64,000 nt of DNA from an uncultured Desulfosarcina sp. (lineage in GTDB: Bacteria > Desulfobacterota > Desulfobacteria > Desulfobacterales > Desulfosarcinaceae): contig CAXXWQ010000004.1 in assembly GCA_963674945.2 (NCBI GenBank), positions 800,001-864,000 on the forward strand. Direction: 5' to 3'. Every line of letters starts with the position of its first letter. The first letter of the stretch is position 1. A program made the translations under genes and the position numbers. Below the pieces are notes generated by a model. It ran no database searches. It was not told the DNA's origin and saw only the letters and a program-made list of their open reading frames with translations. Positions 1 through 10,066 of this stretch are shown piece by piece.

Positions 1-206
1 ATTGTCGAGCTTGCCGCAGGTACAAGGAAGATGGCTTTCCGCTATAGTCGCCTATGCGGTAAGACGTTTGACGCCGTAGATGCGGTGAGATCAGCAATCC
101 CAACGGGTTTCAAATTTTCGAGGAAATATTATGCCATCGTTCAACAAATTTAAGGTTTTCATCATATGAAAAAATTTGAAACGCTCATTTTAGGAATGAG
201 TGGGCC

Positions 207-464
207 ATGACCAGCTACCGGATAAAAGCCGCAATCGGGATAATCGCGCTGGTGGTTCTGGTAATCTGCTTTGGTTATCAGATGGAAATCAGGCAGCGAT
301 ACCCTGAGTTTGATCCGACGTTGATGGCAACAGGCGTTTTTTTACTTGCCGGGATGATATACGCGGTCATCGATCGGAATATCATCATTGCGTTCATCAC
401 TTTTGCCGTGACTGTCGCAATCCCTTTTTTAAATCAGTGGATAGTCGCCTACTGGCCGTACTGA
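207..464 (+). CDS. Small membrane protein (hypothetical), first of a co-oriented run leading to the coupling protein
   Basis: 85-aa ORF with about three hydrophobic segments; same strand as the downstream transfer genes. Confidence 0.6.
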   Translation: MTSYRIKAAIGIIALVVLVICFGYQMEIRQRYPEFDPTLMATGVFLLAGMIYAVIDRNIIIAFITFAVTVAIPFLNQWIVAYWPY

Positions 465-494
465 GGCCCCCACCCGACTCATAAAGGTTGCAAT

Positions 495-1226
495 GTGGTG
501 AAGGATGAAACAAATAACGCGATTCCCATTGGGACCAACAGCGATTTTGGAACGCGCACCTATTTCAAAAATATCGTCGATGCCATCTCGCAGATTCAAC
601 AATTCGCCGTCATGGAAAGATCGGATTACGAGATTCCAGAGGATTTTCTCACCCTTCGGGGATCATTGAACTTTTTCAGTATCGGTTTTGGTAACGGCTT
701 TATCGAAGGAATGGTGTTTACATTGCTTCTGGCCATCATCATGCCACTTACCCACAGTGAATATCTCATGGCGATGGTCTCCGCCAGTTTTCCTTTGGCC
801 CGATCCCGCGTCTTCTTGTGGATATTGAACCTGTTGCCCGTCATCATAGCTGTGGTGCTCTGCTCCTATCTGAGTCGATACCGGATCGGCAAGATTGCCA
901 GGCGTGCCGTCGATGCACTGTTGGTTGGACGCATGTTCAGCCTGATCATCAAGGCAATCATCATATTCGTTTTTTTGATCCTCCTTTATAACTACAACGA
1001 AGTCATTGCCTCCAGCCTGGGAAATACGCTGGCAAAAATTAACTATGGCTTTGGCCATGGTGTATTCTTGACAATCGCGAATATGAAAGAACACCTGTTG
1101 ACCACCGCTTTTCGAATCCTGGCAATTTTCGCAGGAGCGATACTGACGCCATTTTTCACGATCTGGCTGGTTTCCCTTTACCGGGCATATCAACGGAAAA
1201 AGGCCGAACTTTTTTGGATGAGATGA
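495..1226 (+). CDS. Multi-pass membrane protein, probably conjugation-associated
   Basis: 243 aa with about four hydrophobic stretches; its TGA overlaps the ATG of the coupling protein (ATGA at 1223-1226). Confidence 0.65.
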   Translation: MVKDETNNAIPIGTNSDFGTRTYFKNIVDAISQIQQFAVMERSDYEIPEDFLTLRGSLNFFSIGFGNGFIEGMVFTLLLAIIMPLTHSEYLMAMVSASFPLARSRVFLWILNLLPVIIAVVLCSYLSRYRIGKIARRAVDALLVGRMFSLIIKAIIIFVFLILLYNYNEVIASSLGNTLAKINYGFGHGVFLTIANMKEHLLTTAFRILAIFAGAILTPFFTIWLVSLYRAYQRKKAELFWMR

Positions 1227-2557
1227 TGTTCTGGTCACCGAAACGTACCACCTTGGTTGGACGGGGTGTTCCTATCAACAACCCAAAAGGAACCATCCGC
1301 AAGATCGAAATTCCCGACAAGGACAGAATCGGTCACATCGGATGCTTCGGAACCACCCGTATCGGCAAATCCAAGCTAATCGAACACATGGTCGCCCAGG
1401 ACATTGCCAAAGGCTATAGTGTGGTAATCGTAGATCCCAAAGGGGATCTGGAGCTTTTTTCCAAAATCGTTCAAATTGCATCCGATTGTGATAGAGCTGA
1501 CGAACTGTGTCTGATCAATCCCATCTATCCTGAATTCTCGGCGACTATCAATCCCCTTGCCTACTATTTCAGTCCGGAAGAAATCGTCAATCATGTGGTC
1601 GCCGGCGTTCAGGCCAAGGATGCCTATTTTCATAATGTGGCCTATGAAACCACGCTCGTGATCGTTCTGAGTCTGTTGGCATTTAAAGAGAAAGAGAAAC
1701 CTGATCTATCCATCAATTTCGCGGAAATTGGACGACGATGCGGGGCTGAAGAGATCGAGAATTTGATGGCTGCACTAACCAGAGGCCAGGATTCCTCCAC
1801 GCAAGAAATCATTCACATTGCCAATAAAATCCTTCAGGCCAAGGAAGAATTTTTCGGCAAGGTGACCTCATCCCTTCGCACCGTCCTGACGGCCCTATCC
1901 ATTGGCAATATGGGCAAGATCATCGGCAGAGCCCGATCCAATCGCTTCGTTCAGAGACTTGAAAATGGAAAACGTGTCATTCTTGTGGTTCAGACCGGCA
2001 GTATGCTTTCCGGCAAGGTCAGCGACATGATAGCTCGGATTCTGATCTCGATGATCCAAAGCTTCATCGGTCGGCGTTTTGCGTCGGGTCAAAAGATCGA
2101 TCCACCACTTGCCATCTACATCGATGAATTTTCCAATGCATGCTACATGGGCATCGAGGATCTGTTCAATAAGGCCGGCGGCGCCGGTGCCATGGTGAGT
2201 GTATTTACCCAATCGCTGGCCGATATCAGTGCAGCCATCGGTGAACAGATGGCCCGAAAAATCCTGGACAATCTAAACACCAAAATCTTTATGCGTGTCA
2301 ACGATCCCCTGACGGCCAAATATGTAAGCGAATCCTCGGGTACGCGAAAGAAATACGACCCATTTCTTCAATTAGGCGGTGGTATCACCATGAGATGTGC
2401 ACAAGAAGCGGCCGTTCTTCCCGAGGATGTTCTCAGTTTAAGTGAACGGATCTTTTTTCTTTTCGGTATGAAAGGAAGCTACAAGGGAAAGACCGAGCTG
2501 GTAAAACCGGCAAGGATAAAAGTGGAGTACCCTGACATTATCTCCAAGGCGGTTTAA
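1223..2557 (+). CDS. Type IV coupling protein-like ATPase (TraD/TrwB/VirD4 family)
   Basis: Walker A GTTRIGKS, VIVDPKGD, Walker B IYIDEF, TQSLAD and NLNTKIFMR motifs typical of TraD-like proteins; no N-terminal membrane anchor. Confidence 0.85.
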   Translation: MMFWSPKRTTLVGRGVPINNPKGTIRKIEIPDKDRIGHIGCFGTTRIGKSKLIEHMVAQDIAKGYSVVIVDPKGDLELFSKIVQIASDCDRADELCLINPIYPEFSATINPLAYYFSPEEIVNHVVAGVQAKDAYFHNVAYETTLVIVLSLLAFKEKEKPDLSINFAEIGRRCGAEEIENLMAALTRGQDSSTQEIIHIANKILQAKEEFFGKVTSSLRTVLTALSIGNMGKIIGRARSNRFVQRLENGKRVILVVQTGSMLSGKVSDMIARILISMIQSFIGRRFASGQKIDPPLAIYIDEFSNACYMGIEDLFNKAGGAGAMVSVFTQSLADISAAIGEQMARKILDNLNTKIFMRVNDPLTAKYVSESSGTRKKYDPFLQLGGGITMRCAQEAAVLPEDVLSLSERIFFLFGMKGSYKGKTELVKPARIKVEYPDIISKAV

Positions 2558-2585
2558 ATATGGCTCGCTCAAAAAGGAATCCTCC

Positions 2586-3344
2586 ATGAAAAAGATCGGT
2601 ATCTGCAACAATAAGGGCGGTGTTGGCAAAACCACCATCGCCCTATGTCTGGCCGGAGCCCTGGCCGAGATGGATCTGGAAGTGCTCCTGGTGGACATGG
2701 ATCAGCAAGGATCTTTAAGTTCCTCCTTTTTGCCCGATATCAACAACCTGCCGTTGGTGGTCACGGATGTGATCCGGGATGATGGCGTATCCATCGAAGC
2801 GGCAGTTCATCAGACCCAATATGCCAACATCAAGATCCTTCCTTCCAATTTGAGTCTGGCCAAACTGGAAAGCGAACTTCAATCCGAGCGGGATGCTCAC
2901 TATTATCTGGCCGACAGGCTTGATGAGATCGATGGTCAATACGATGTGGTCATTATTGATTCTCCTCCCAATTTAGGACTGGCCACCTGGTCGGTATTAA
3001 CAGCTGTTCAAGATCTGATCATCCCTTTGGAGGCCCAGGATTACAGTGTAAAAGGCACTGGGTACGTCCACGGGTTGATCGACAAGGTAAAAAAGCGGGC
3101 CAATCCCCGGCTGGAGATTTTGGGTTACCTGATTAATAGATACGATGGCCGTCGACGTATCGAACAGGATTTTATGGCCATGATCCAAAACCATCTGGGA
3201 AAACGGGTGTTTGATCAGGTGCTGAAAGACGCTGTTGTGTATGTGGAAGCCGTCACCTTGGGAATACCCGTTACCATGCTTTATCCCAAAAGCGAGCATG
3301 CCGAGAAGTTTCGCCAGCTTGGCAGGAGGGTCATGTATGGCTAA
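2586..3344 (+). CDS. parA: ParA/Soj family partition ATPase
   Basis: Deviant Walker A KGGVGKTT, VDMDQQGS, IIDSPPNLG. Confidence 0.95.
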   Translation: MKKIGICNNKGGVGKTTIALCLAGALAEMDLEVLLVDMDQQGSLSSSFLPDINNLPLVVTDVIRDDGVSIEAAVHQTQYANIKILPSNLSLAKLESELQSERDAHYYLADRLDEIDGQYDVVIIDSPPNLGLATWSVLTAVQDLIIPLEAQDYSVKGTGYVHGLIDKVKKRANPRLEILGYLINRYDGRRRIEQDFMAMIQNHLGKRVFDQVLKDAVVYVEAVTLGIPVTMLYPKSEHAEKFRQLGRRVMYG

Positions 3345-4221
3345 GGACTTTTCTCAAAATGCCCGGGATCGATCTACCTTCCTGGACCCTTCGACTTTGG
3401 ATACAGCAACAAAAAGGGGCGATCGGGCAGATACCCGTCCGCTCCGGACGGCAAGGTGGATTGAAATCCAGCGTATCCAGCCGGATCCGAACCAACCCAG
3501 AAAAACCTTTGTCCAGGAAACCCTTGAGTCCCTTGCCCGATCCATCCGACAGATCGGAGGGATCATCGATCCGATAACGGTCCAATTTTCTGAAAATGAA
3601 GATTGTTTCCTGATCATCAGTGGAGAGCGGCGTTATCTGGCCGCCAAGATCGCGGGCCTCGACACGCTTCCCTGTATCATCAAACAACCAGACGATAAAA
3701 CCCGCTTTCTCATGCAGTTTATTGCCAACATCCAGAGGGAAGATATCCCGCTTCTGGAAGAGGCCGCAGCCATTCGGCGCTTGGTTCAGACCTACGGGTT
3801 CACACAACACGAAATCGCAAAATTAATCAACAAATCAAAAAGTTATGTCAGTCAGGTCCTGGGCCTGGAGCGGCTTTCCGATGAGGCCAAAAAGAAGGTT
3901 CAGACGTCTGAACTTTCCAAAGAGGTTCAGATCCAGGCATCCCGGGAAACGGAGCCTGAAAAGCAAATTGAAATTCTGAAGATGGCATCCGATGAAAAAA
4001 AGACCGTCCGGGATATCCGCAATCAAACCAGACAGGTTGGAGCCCAAGATCCGGATCACAATAAGACTTTCAGCCAGTGGACCTGGCGATCGAAGAAGGG
4101 ACGGTTTACAGTGTCGGTACGGTTTACGGAAAAGCATCCTTTCGAAAACAAGACGAAAATGGTTCGGGCTGCTTTAGAGGAAGCGGTCAGTCAGATTTCT
4201 ACCAAACTCCCTGATGGCTGA
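3337..4221 (+). CDS. parB: ParB/Spo0J family partition protein
   Basis: PNQPRK and ISGERRY (ParB box) motifs, then HTH (TQHEIAKLINKSKSYVSQ); start moved to ATG 3337 after GGAGG, overlapping the parA end. Confidence 0.92.
   Translation: MAKDFSQNARDRSTFLDPSTLDTATKRGDRADTRPLRTARWIEIQRIQPDPNQPRKTFVQETLESLARSIRQIGGIIDPITVQFSENEDCFLIISGERRYLAAKIAGLDTLPCIIKQPDDKTRFLMQFIANIQREDIPLLEEAAAIRRLVQTYGFTQHEIAKLINKSKSYVSQVLGLERLSDEAKKKVQTSELSKEVQIQASRETEPEKQIEILKMASDEKKTVRDIRNQTRQVGAQDPDHNKTFSQWTWRSKKGRFTVSVRFTEKHPFENKTKMVRAALEEAVSQISTKLPDG
3898..3913. promoter_or_regulatory. Candidate parS: perfect 16-bp palindrome inside parB
   Basis: GTTCAGACGTCTGAAC is its own reverse complement; same length and ACGT core as canonical parS. 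Confidence 0.5.
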
Positions 4222-4283
4222 AACAATTATTCAATAATCATAGATGTGTTTGCTCGAGTGTGTGGCCCGAACTCCCTATTAAA

Positions 4284-5195
4284 TCATTCCGCAAAAACCA
4301 ATTCCACCAGCCTTTGTGTGGCTGACAAAGCGTCCACGAACGTAATAATCTCGTCAGGGCCGGCAAACGACACTTGCAGCACGAAGGTTTCATATTCCTT
4401 CGCCCACTTACTGTCATGGTGCAATTTGTCAAGCATGGTGGCAAAGCGCTCGACCGGGTCATGAGGCGCTCCACCTCCTCCCCGGCCAGCGTCCTTTTCC
4501 GCGATTTGCCGCACTAAGATCACGAATTCCGGCGCGCTTCCAATATGGCTTTCAAGAGCCGCCAGGTCGTAAAGGTGACGGATGACGGATGGATCGTCAT
4601 TTTCCGCCCCTCGCTTGCGCGTGCATACACGCCAAGCCAAGGCGCTCAATTTGTCGGCGGCTGTTTCTGTTGGGTCAACGCAGGGAAAACTCAGAACCTC
4701 GGGAGGCTTCTTTTCAAACTGTGCGATCAAGGACCGAATAGGCCGGCTTATTGGTTGCAGCGCCGGCGCAATGAAAGACATTTCGATACGGATATAGGGC
4801 CTCAGGCCCGGACCTGTTTGGAAATGACTGTGATAGGCCAAGTCGGCCGTGAAAAAGCGGCTTTCATTACCTTTTTTAACGGCGATCAAATTAAAATCGG
4901 CAGCAGCCAGGGCCGATAAAACCTGCTCGCGGTAACTGCTGCGATGTTTTCGCTGCTTAGCGTTACTCGCGTCGGCGGGCATGGAGACCTTGAAGTCGAT
5001 ATCTTCGGAAAAGCGCTTGATATGCCCCCATCCCTTTGATAGCGACGTGCCGCCAGAAAAAACGGGTATCGCACCTGCACCGTCGAGGGACGAAATCACA
5101 CGTATGGCTTGAACGACATGCCAATCCTTTTCGACCAGGCGTTCATCGCTCAAAAACGCGCCAGCGACTCGCTCAATAAGTTTCCGCTCAAGCAC
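4284..5195 (-). CDS. AbiEii/AbiGii nucleotidyltransferase toxin (type IV TA / abortive infection)
   Basis: LVEKDW, FSGGTSLSK, RFSEDIDF and RHLYDL motifs. Confidence 0.9.
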   Translation of the reverse strand: MLERKLIERVAGAFLSDERLVEKDWHVVQAIRVISSLDGAGAIPVFSGGTSLSKGWGHIKRFSEDIDFKVSMPADASNAKQRKHRSSYREQVLSALAAADFNLIAVKKGNESRFFTADLAYHSHFQTGPGLRPYIRIEMSFIAPALQPISRPIRSLIAQFEKKPPEVLSFPCVDPTETAADKLSALAWRVCTRKRGAENDDPSVIRHLYDLAALESHIGSAPEFVILVRQIAEKDAGRGGGGAPHDPVERFATMLDKLHHDSKWAKEYETFVLQVSFAGPDEIITFVDALSATQRLVELVFAE

Positions 5196-5595
5196 GTTCG
5201 AAACTCATAAAAACCCCTTTGTAACCGATCTTACGGCGTACCCTCTTTCGGGTGGCGATCACACGGCCTGCCGGGACTTGGGTTGTTTTACCGGCATTAT
5301 AGGCTTTTTCAAACCGTGTTGGGACGCTTTCTACCCCCAATCGGCTAAGCGCCTCGGCCGTCAATGAATAGAGCCCCTTGACCGGCGTCGGTGTACCGTC
5401 GAAGGGCGATGGCACGGCGCGCGTGTAAAGCCCTTGGCCTATTTTCATAAGCTTACCCTTCTTCACAAGTCCCCGAAGGGCACGACCCACCTGGTCATAT
5501 CCGCCCAGGTCTTTAAAATCGGCACGTAGAAAGACGTCACCGCGCTTGCGGTCGATACGTTTCATCATGCGTGTTTCCAAATTTTGGGTTCTCAT
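5188..5595 (-). CDS. AbiEi-type antitoxin (DUF6088-like winged HTH)
   Basis: VFLRADF...YDQVGRALRGLVKKGKLMKIGQGLY...YNAGKTTQVP; overlaps the toxin start; likely ATG at 5595. Confidence 0.82.
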   Translation of the reverse strand: MRTQNLETRMMKRIDRKRGDVFLRADFKDLGGYDQVGRALRGLVKKGKLMKIGQGLYTRAVPSPFDGTPTPVKGLYSLTAEALSRLGVESVPTRFEKAYNAGKTTQVPAGRVIATRKRVRRKIGYKGVFMSFERA

Positions 5596-5758
5596 CTTGC
5601 ACCTCACGTTCAATGTCAATTTACGACACTTATGCGATGATTTCAATAGCTAATCAATTAGTTAAGAGAAAAAAGCGCCAGTTCCCCTTACTATTCGCTC
5701 AGGGATACCCGTGATGTTACGAAAATTGGTTTTGTCTGAAAAGCGACTATATGTGTGC

Positions 5759-5787
5759 TTGACGTAACTACATTATGTAGCTACTAA
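5759..5787 (+). promoter_or_regulatory. Sigma70 promoter with palindromic operator for the brnTA locus
   Basis: TTGACG (5759-5764), 17 bp, TACTAA; the near-palindrome GTAACTACATTATGTAGCTAC (5764-5784) fills the spacer. Confidence 0.55.
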
Positions 5788-5963
5788 AAACAATTGAGGA
5801 TGACCGCCTCGTTTATAGAGAGCATCGATTTATTTCATTCGGTTTTATGTACGACCACATAATTGCGGCTGTCCATACCGAAACTGAAGAAAAAATACGA
5901 ATAATATCTGCAAGGAAGGCAACGAAAAATGAGCAAAAAGAATATATCAAGCAAATCCCGTAA
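5781..5963 (+). pseudogene. brnT: BrnT ribonuclease toxin, N-terminally truncated
   Basis: Frame reads IEDDRLVYREHRFISFG...HTETEEKIRIISARKATKNEQKEY (BrnT C-terminal signature); in-frame TAG at 5778-5780 and no start codon for the N-terminal part. Confidence 0.75.
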
Positions 5964-6201
5964 GGATTCTGAGATCGATCTTAGTGATCTTCCTGAAATC
6001 GTGCCGGAAAAGTTTGCTAAGGCTGTTGTTCGGAAAGGCCTGAAACCTGTGTCCAAGAAGGCTCAGATTACACTTAGAATAGATTCTGACGTGCTGGAAT
6101 GGTTTAAAGGAACAGGCAAAGGGTACCAGACTCGCATCAACACGCTACTGCGTGCCTATATGGAAGAAAGCCAAGGCACAACCCACCATAGAGAAGCTTA
6201 G
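5929..6201 (+). CDS. brnA: BrnA antitoxin (RHH)
   Basis: IDLSDLPE...KAQITLRIDSDVLEWFK..GKGYQTRINTLLRAYM. Confidence 0.9.
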   Translation: MSKKNISSKSRKDSEIDLSDLPEIVPEKFAKAVVRKGLKPVSKKAQITLRIDSDVLEWFKGTGKGYQTRINTLLRAYMEESQGTTHHREA

Positions 6202-6331
6202 AGTAATTTTTCATTCCATTGGGTGGAAAGGTATAGAGATTGGAGAATGAATCCGTGAAAAAGAAAGTGATGAAAATCGGAATCCTCCATTTTCTATATC
6301 CAAAGCTTGGCATGTAGTTTTGTAATTAGCT

Positions 6332-7483
6332 GAGGGGTAGTGGAGTTTTTTCTTAGTCGAAAAAATATATAACCCATTAATATTAAACAATATTTTTGAC
6401 TAGACATAAGCCCTTAAAATTGTTATGAATAATCTCAATGATTATAACAGCAAAGGAGATTATTCATGCCCAGAAAAGCAAACAAGATCTCGACCCGCTG
6501 GATTCGTGAAAACCGTGAGGCATTCAGAGATTTTCTCGATGAAACCGACTTCCCCGATCCGGAACGGCTGGGAGAACGCGGGCCTAAGTTCAAGTATCCA
6601 GAATGGCTGATCATGTTCATTGCGATTCTGTCTGTTAAATTGAAAGTCAAAAGCTACGTTCAAATTCACAAGATGGCGGTCAAATACTGGGACATTATCG
6701 CCCAGGACATGGAACTGACACCCATCAGTGAAAAACAGCTCAGGGACCGGTTAAAAAAAATCCGTCATTTCCCTGGAAACCCAGCAGCGTTCATTTTTCA
6801 GCTATTTCCTGAGCTTGAGTAAAGACCGGATTGTCAGCGCGGACAAGATGATGAACAGGGCCAAAGGTCCGGTCTGGCACAAGAAACAAAAAGATCAGGG
6901 CATTATTCCCAAAGGGCTGCGCGGCATCGATAAAGAGGCCACCTGGTGCAAATCCCAGGCTGCCGGTTGGGTTTACGGCCACGGGTCATTTTCACTGACC
7001 TCGCACAAGCATCCGGTGCTGGGCTGCTTTGTGTGGATGCGAAACAGCGCCAATGAAGCCAAACGCATGTGGTTGGAAACGTTTCATGTCAAAGATCAGG
7101 TGGACTATATCGCCATGGACTCGAAAGCCGATGATGCTTTATTGTTCCGTGAGTTCAAGAGGCAACGTCACATGAACCTGATCACCAGTTGTCGTGCAAC
7201 CATGGATAAAACAATGCCTCGCAAGAAGATGATCGCTTTCATGAGTAAGCCGAAACACAAAAAGATCTACCGGGAACGTGCCTATAAGGTTGAGCCGATG
7301 CAAGGTCTGGTGAAAGACATCTTTGAGTTAGACCGTTGCTGGATGCGCGGTAACGATAATAATCGGTGGTTGTTTGCCGCCATGGGTCTAACCATTCAAA
7401 TGCATCAGCTTCAAGCATTTAAGCAAGGTCGATCAACTTGGAATATCAAAGAACAGGTCTTGGGATAAACTCCCCGACCCCTG
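6332..7483 (+). mobile_element. Complete IS (1152 bp), DDE transposase of the IS4/IS5/IS982-like clan; family not assigned
   Basis: Imperfect IRs GAGGGGTAGTGGAGTTT / CAGGGGTCGGGGAGTTT; 8-bp direct repeat AATTAGCT at 6324-6331 and 7484-7491. Confidence 0.85.
6466..7468 (+). CDS. Transposase in two frames (6466-6822 and ~6755-7468), joined at an A8 run
   Basis: orfB carries VSADKM, GWVYG, MDSKAD and KVEPMQG (D-D-E candidates); A8 at 6753-6760 links the frames (+1 shift). Confidence 0.75.
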
Positions 7484-8027
7484 AATTAGCTCAAATGTGA
7501 ATTATTTCATGTTCATCAAACCAACCTTGTTCAAGAGTGAAATTTCTTACCTTCTGTGGCTCTTTGGTATAAGCAACAATAGCTAAACTTTCCTCGGCAC
7601 GGCTACAGGTGACATAAAAAAGTCTACGGGTACGATCAATGCTTGTTTCTTTTCCTTCTTCTTCATTTTTAAGGTCAGTAGAAGTAGGATCTTTAGCTCC
7701 GAATAGCTTTTCATAGTTAAACCAACGACCACGAGCTTCATCATCATCGAGAATCACCATAACACGAGGGAATTGAAGACCCTTGATGCCTTGATGGGTT
7801 CCAAAACAGGATTCAGATTCATCGGAGATGTACCTAATATATTCTTCAAACTGGCTGAATTTGCATTGTAATGCCGTATCCCATGCCTCTATAACCGGGT
7901 CATTTTCCGGTTCCTCAGAGTGTTCCTCCGAAGCGCCTTCTTGATCCTCATTTAATCTATTGGCTATTGGAAGTAATGTGTCAGGAATCAGGAAAATACC
8001 ACTATTGAATACCTCTTTTAATACATC

Positions 8028-9683
8028 CCTGAATCAGTGGCCTAATTTTTGCTGTTAGGATTGGCGCGGGGCGATTGCCTCACACACCATCATTTGTTGA
8101 TAATTTTTCTCACTATTTTCAAATTTCGAAGGAATTTTGCTCCTGTTTCTCATTCTTTAGCCATAGCAAATCACCAAGCAAATGCCTGTAAAATTGTTCT
8201 TTTAAAAATTATAGCTACTTCATAGCGGAAAGCAAATTCAGACGAAGATAAATCCGATCCATCAGTTTGGAAAATGGATTGAGTTGGCCAAAGGATATGT
8301 ACCATTTTCTACTTCTGGTTACTAATCGACCGGCCATATACATCAAGTCCTGCATGACTGTCCGGATTCGACGCCGGGTAACTTTCTTCCGGCGTATACC
8401 GGGCAATTCAGTCGGATCACTCTCTTCGATGCTGATTTGTCCGATAATCCGTAGCATGTTGTACGTCAGCATCGCCAAATGAAGAATCAAGCTATTGGTG
8501 GAAAAATGACCGCTCGGCAAGCGCTCCAGGCCCATGTCGGATTTGAGTTCGGAGTGAAACTGCTCGCTGGTACCGTGATCGTGATAAAGTCGAATCACCT
8601 CATCCGGTGGCAACTGTGCGAGGCTGCACCAATAGGTATCGATCTGATACTCGGGGAACAGCAGTACTTGGCCCTTTTTGGTATGCCTTTCGGTAACCTC
8701 AAAGATGATTGGGTAGCGCAATGGATTGCCGTTGATGTCTTCAATCGTCTTTCCGATCCATACACATTTTCCTGAGCGGCAATGCTGTTGCTTGCCGGAT
8801 TTTTTTGCCAGATCAACCCACTTTTGAACAGATTCTCTACGCAAATTGCGTTTGATGATAAAGTGGACATTCTTTCGTGAATCGTCAGGAAAGTTGTCTT
8901 GACTGTCGTTTCCTGAATCCAACCTCATCAAAATAGGCTGATCGGTAATTTGCCTGGCATAATCCAAGGTGGCGTTGATAAATTCGGGGGTGTTTTTCTG
9001 GCAGTGTTGTTTTCCTTCTCTGAACTCAAGATTCACCAGATACCCCTCGGTGCCCAGGTAGGCAAAGATCGGAGCGAAGCCATCCGTGCCTTTGTAGGTT
9101 CTGGAAACGCCTTCCTTTTGAGTCTTTGAGTTGTCAAACGGACTCACATCCATATCCAAAGGAAGGAAATCACCCGCACTGGTTTGGATGGGTGAAATCG
9201 CCGGAGCGCAGGATCGAACCAAATCAACGCCTGCATCCTTAATCAGCTTATCGGCTTGGTTGCCGATCAAATCGATTCGCTGACGCAATGTCGGGCTTGA
9301 CGGGCATGCACGATTGCCAATGGCCTTGTTGAAAAATTCTTGCTTCTCACGAAAAATCTCGATCGCATCGTAATCAGGTTTACCAATACTCATGAGAGCA
9401 ATCATCGAAGCTAAAATGTCACCATGAGAAATTTTCGGGTCTACACAATGGACGCCGTTGATCTTTTCGAAACGGAACCTGAAATTTATCGCATCAAGTA
9501 ATGCGCCGATATTGATCAATCCGCTATGACTGGCAAGTTTTTCCATCTCGTGTTTTATGGTGATCGGACGCCGCATTGATTTCACCTCCGAAGTGAGCGT
9601 TTAGTGCCCTAATATTACCATAATATATATGTTTTATCAATTGGTTATAGTGTTTTAATCAGGTTTTGTGCCACGGAAACAGG
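8028..9683 (-). mobile_element. IS1380-family element (1656 bp)
   Basis: IRs CCTGAATCAGTGGC / CCTGTTTCCGTGGC; 6-bp TSD TACATC at 8022-8027 and 9684-9689. Confidence 0.9.
8215..9585 (-). CDS. IS1380-family DDE transposase
   Basis: LDMDVS, RLDSGND and YHDHGTSEQFHSELK motifs. Confidence 0.9.
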   Translation of the reverse strand: MKSMRRPITIKHEMEKLASHSGLINIGALLDAINFRFRFEKINGVHCVDPKISHGDILASMIALMSIGKPDYDAIEIFREKQEFFNKAIGNRACPSSPTLRQRIDLIGNQADKLIKDAGVDLVRSCAPAISPIQTSAGDFLPLDMDVSPFDNSKTQKEGVSRTYKGTDGFAPIFAYLGTEGYLVNLEFREGKQHCQKNTPEFINATLDYARQITDQPILMRLDSGNDSQDNFPDDSRKNVHFIIKRNLRRESVQKWVDLAKKSGKQQHCRSGKCVWIGKTIEDINGNPLRYPIIFEVTERHTKKGQVLLFPEYQIDTYWCSLAQLPPDEVIRLYHDHGTSEQFHSELKSDMGLERLPSGHFSTNSLILHLAMLTYNMLRIIGQISIEESDPTELPGIRRKKVTRRRIRTVMQDLMYMAGRLVTRSRKWYISFGQLNPFSKLMDRIYLRLNLLSAMK

Positions 9684-10066
9684 TACATCATTGAGAGAAG
9701 GGTCTGAATTACCGGACCAGAGAGAATATAGTGCATTAACTGCATCTTTTGCCTTGGTGATTTCCCCTAATGATTTAGTAGAATTTTTTAGTGCATCTTT
9801 TTTAATTATTGGCGAGTTCTCTCTCATTATCCTTGATACGGCGAATTCATCACCTGTTTGCTTCGCCTTTACTAAGGGCAATACTTTTTTTGAGAATAAA
9901 GAAACTCCAGATAACTTACCATCAAGCAAGCCGGTTTTTAGTCTATTGACACGATATAAAGGATCAAAAAAGTCAGAAAAACCGCCACGATTAGCAGCCA
10001 TATGATGCTCTAATGTTAATATTTTAACTGATTCTTGAGAAGTATCCTCCCAGAGTTGATCGTCAG

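Noticed and set aside
1..153. Open frame from the window start to TAA at 151-153
   Set aside because: Only 50 codons with no recognisable motif; may be a gene end but cannot be supported
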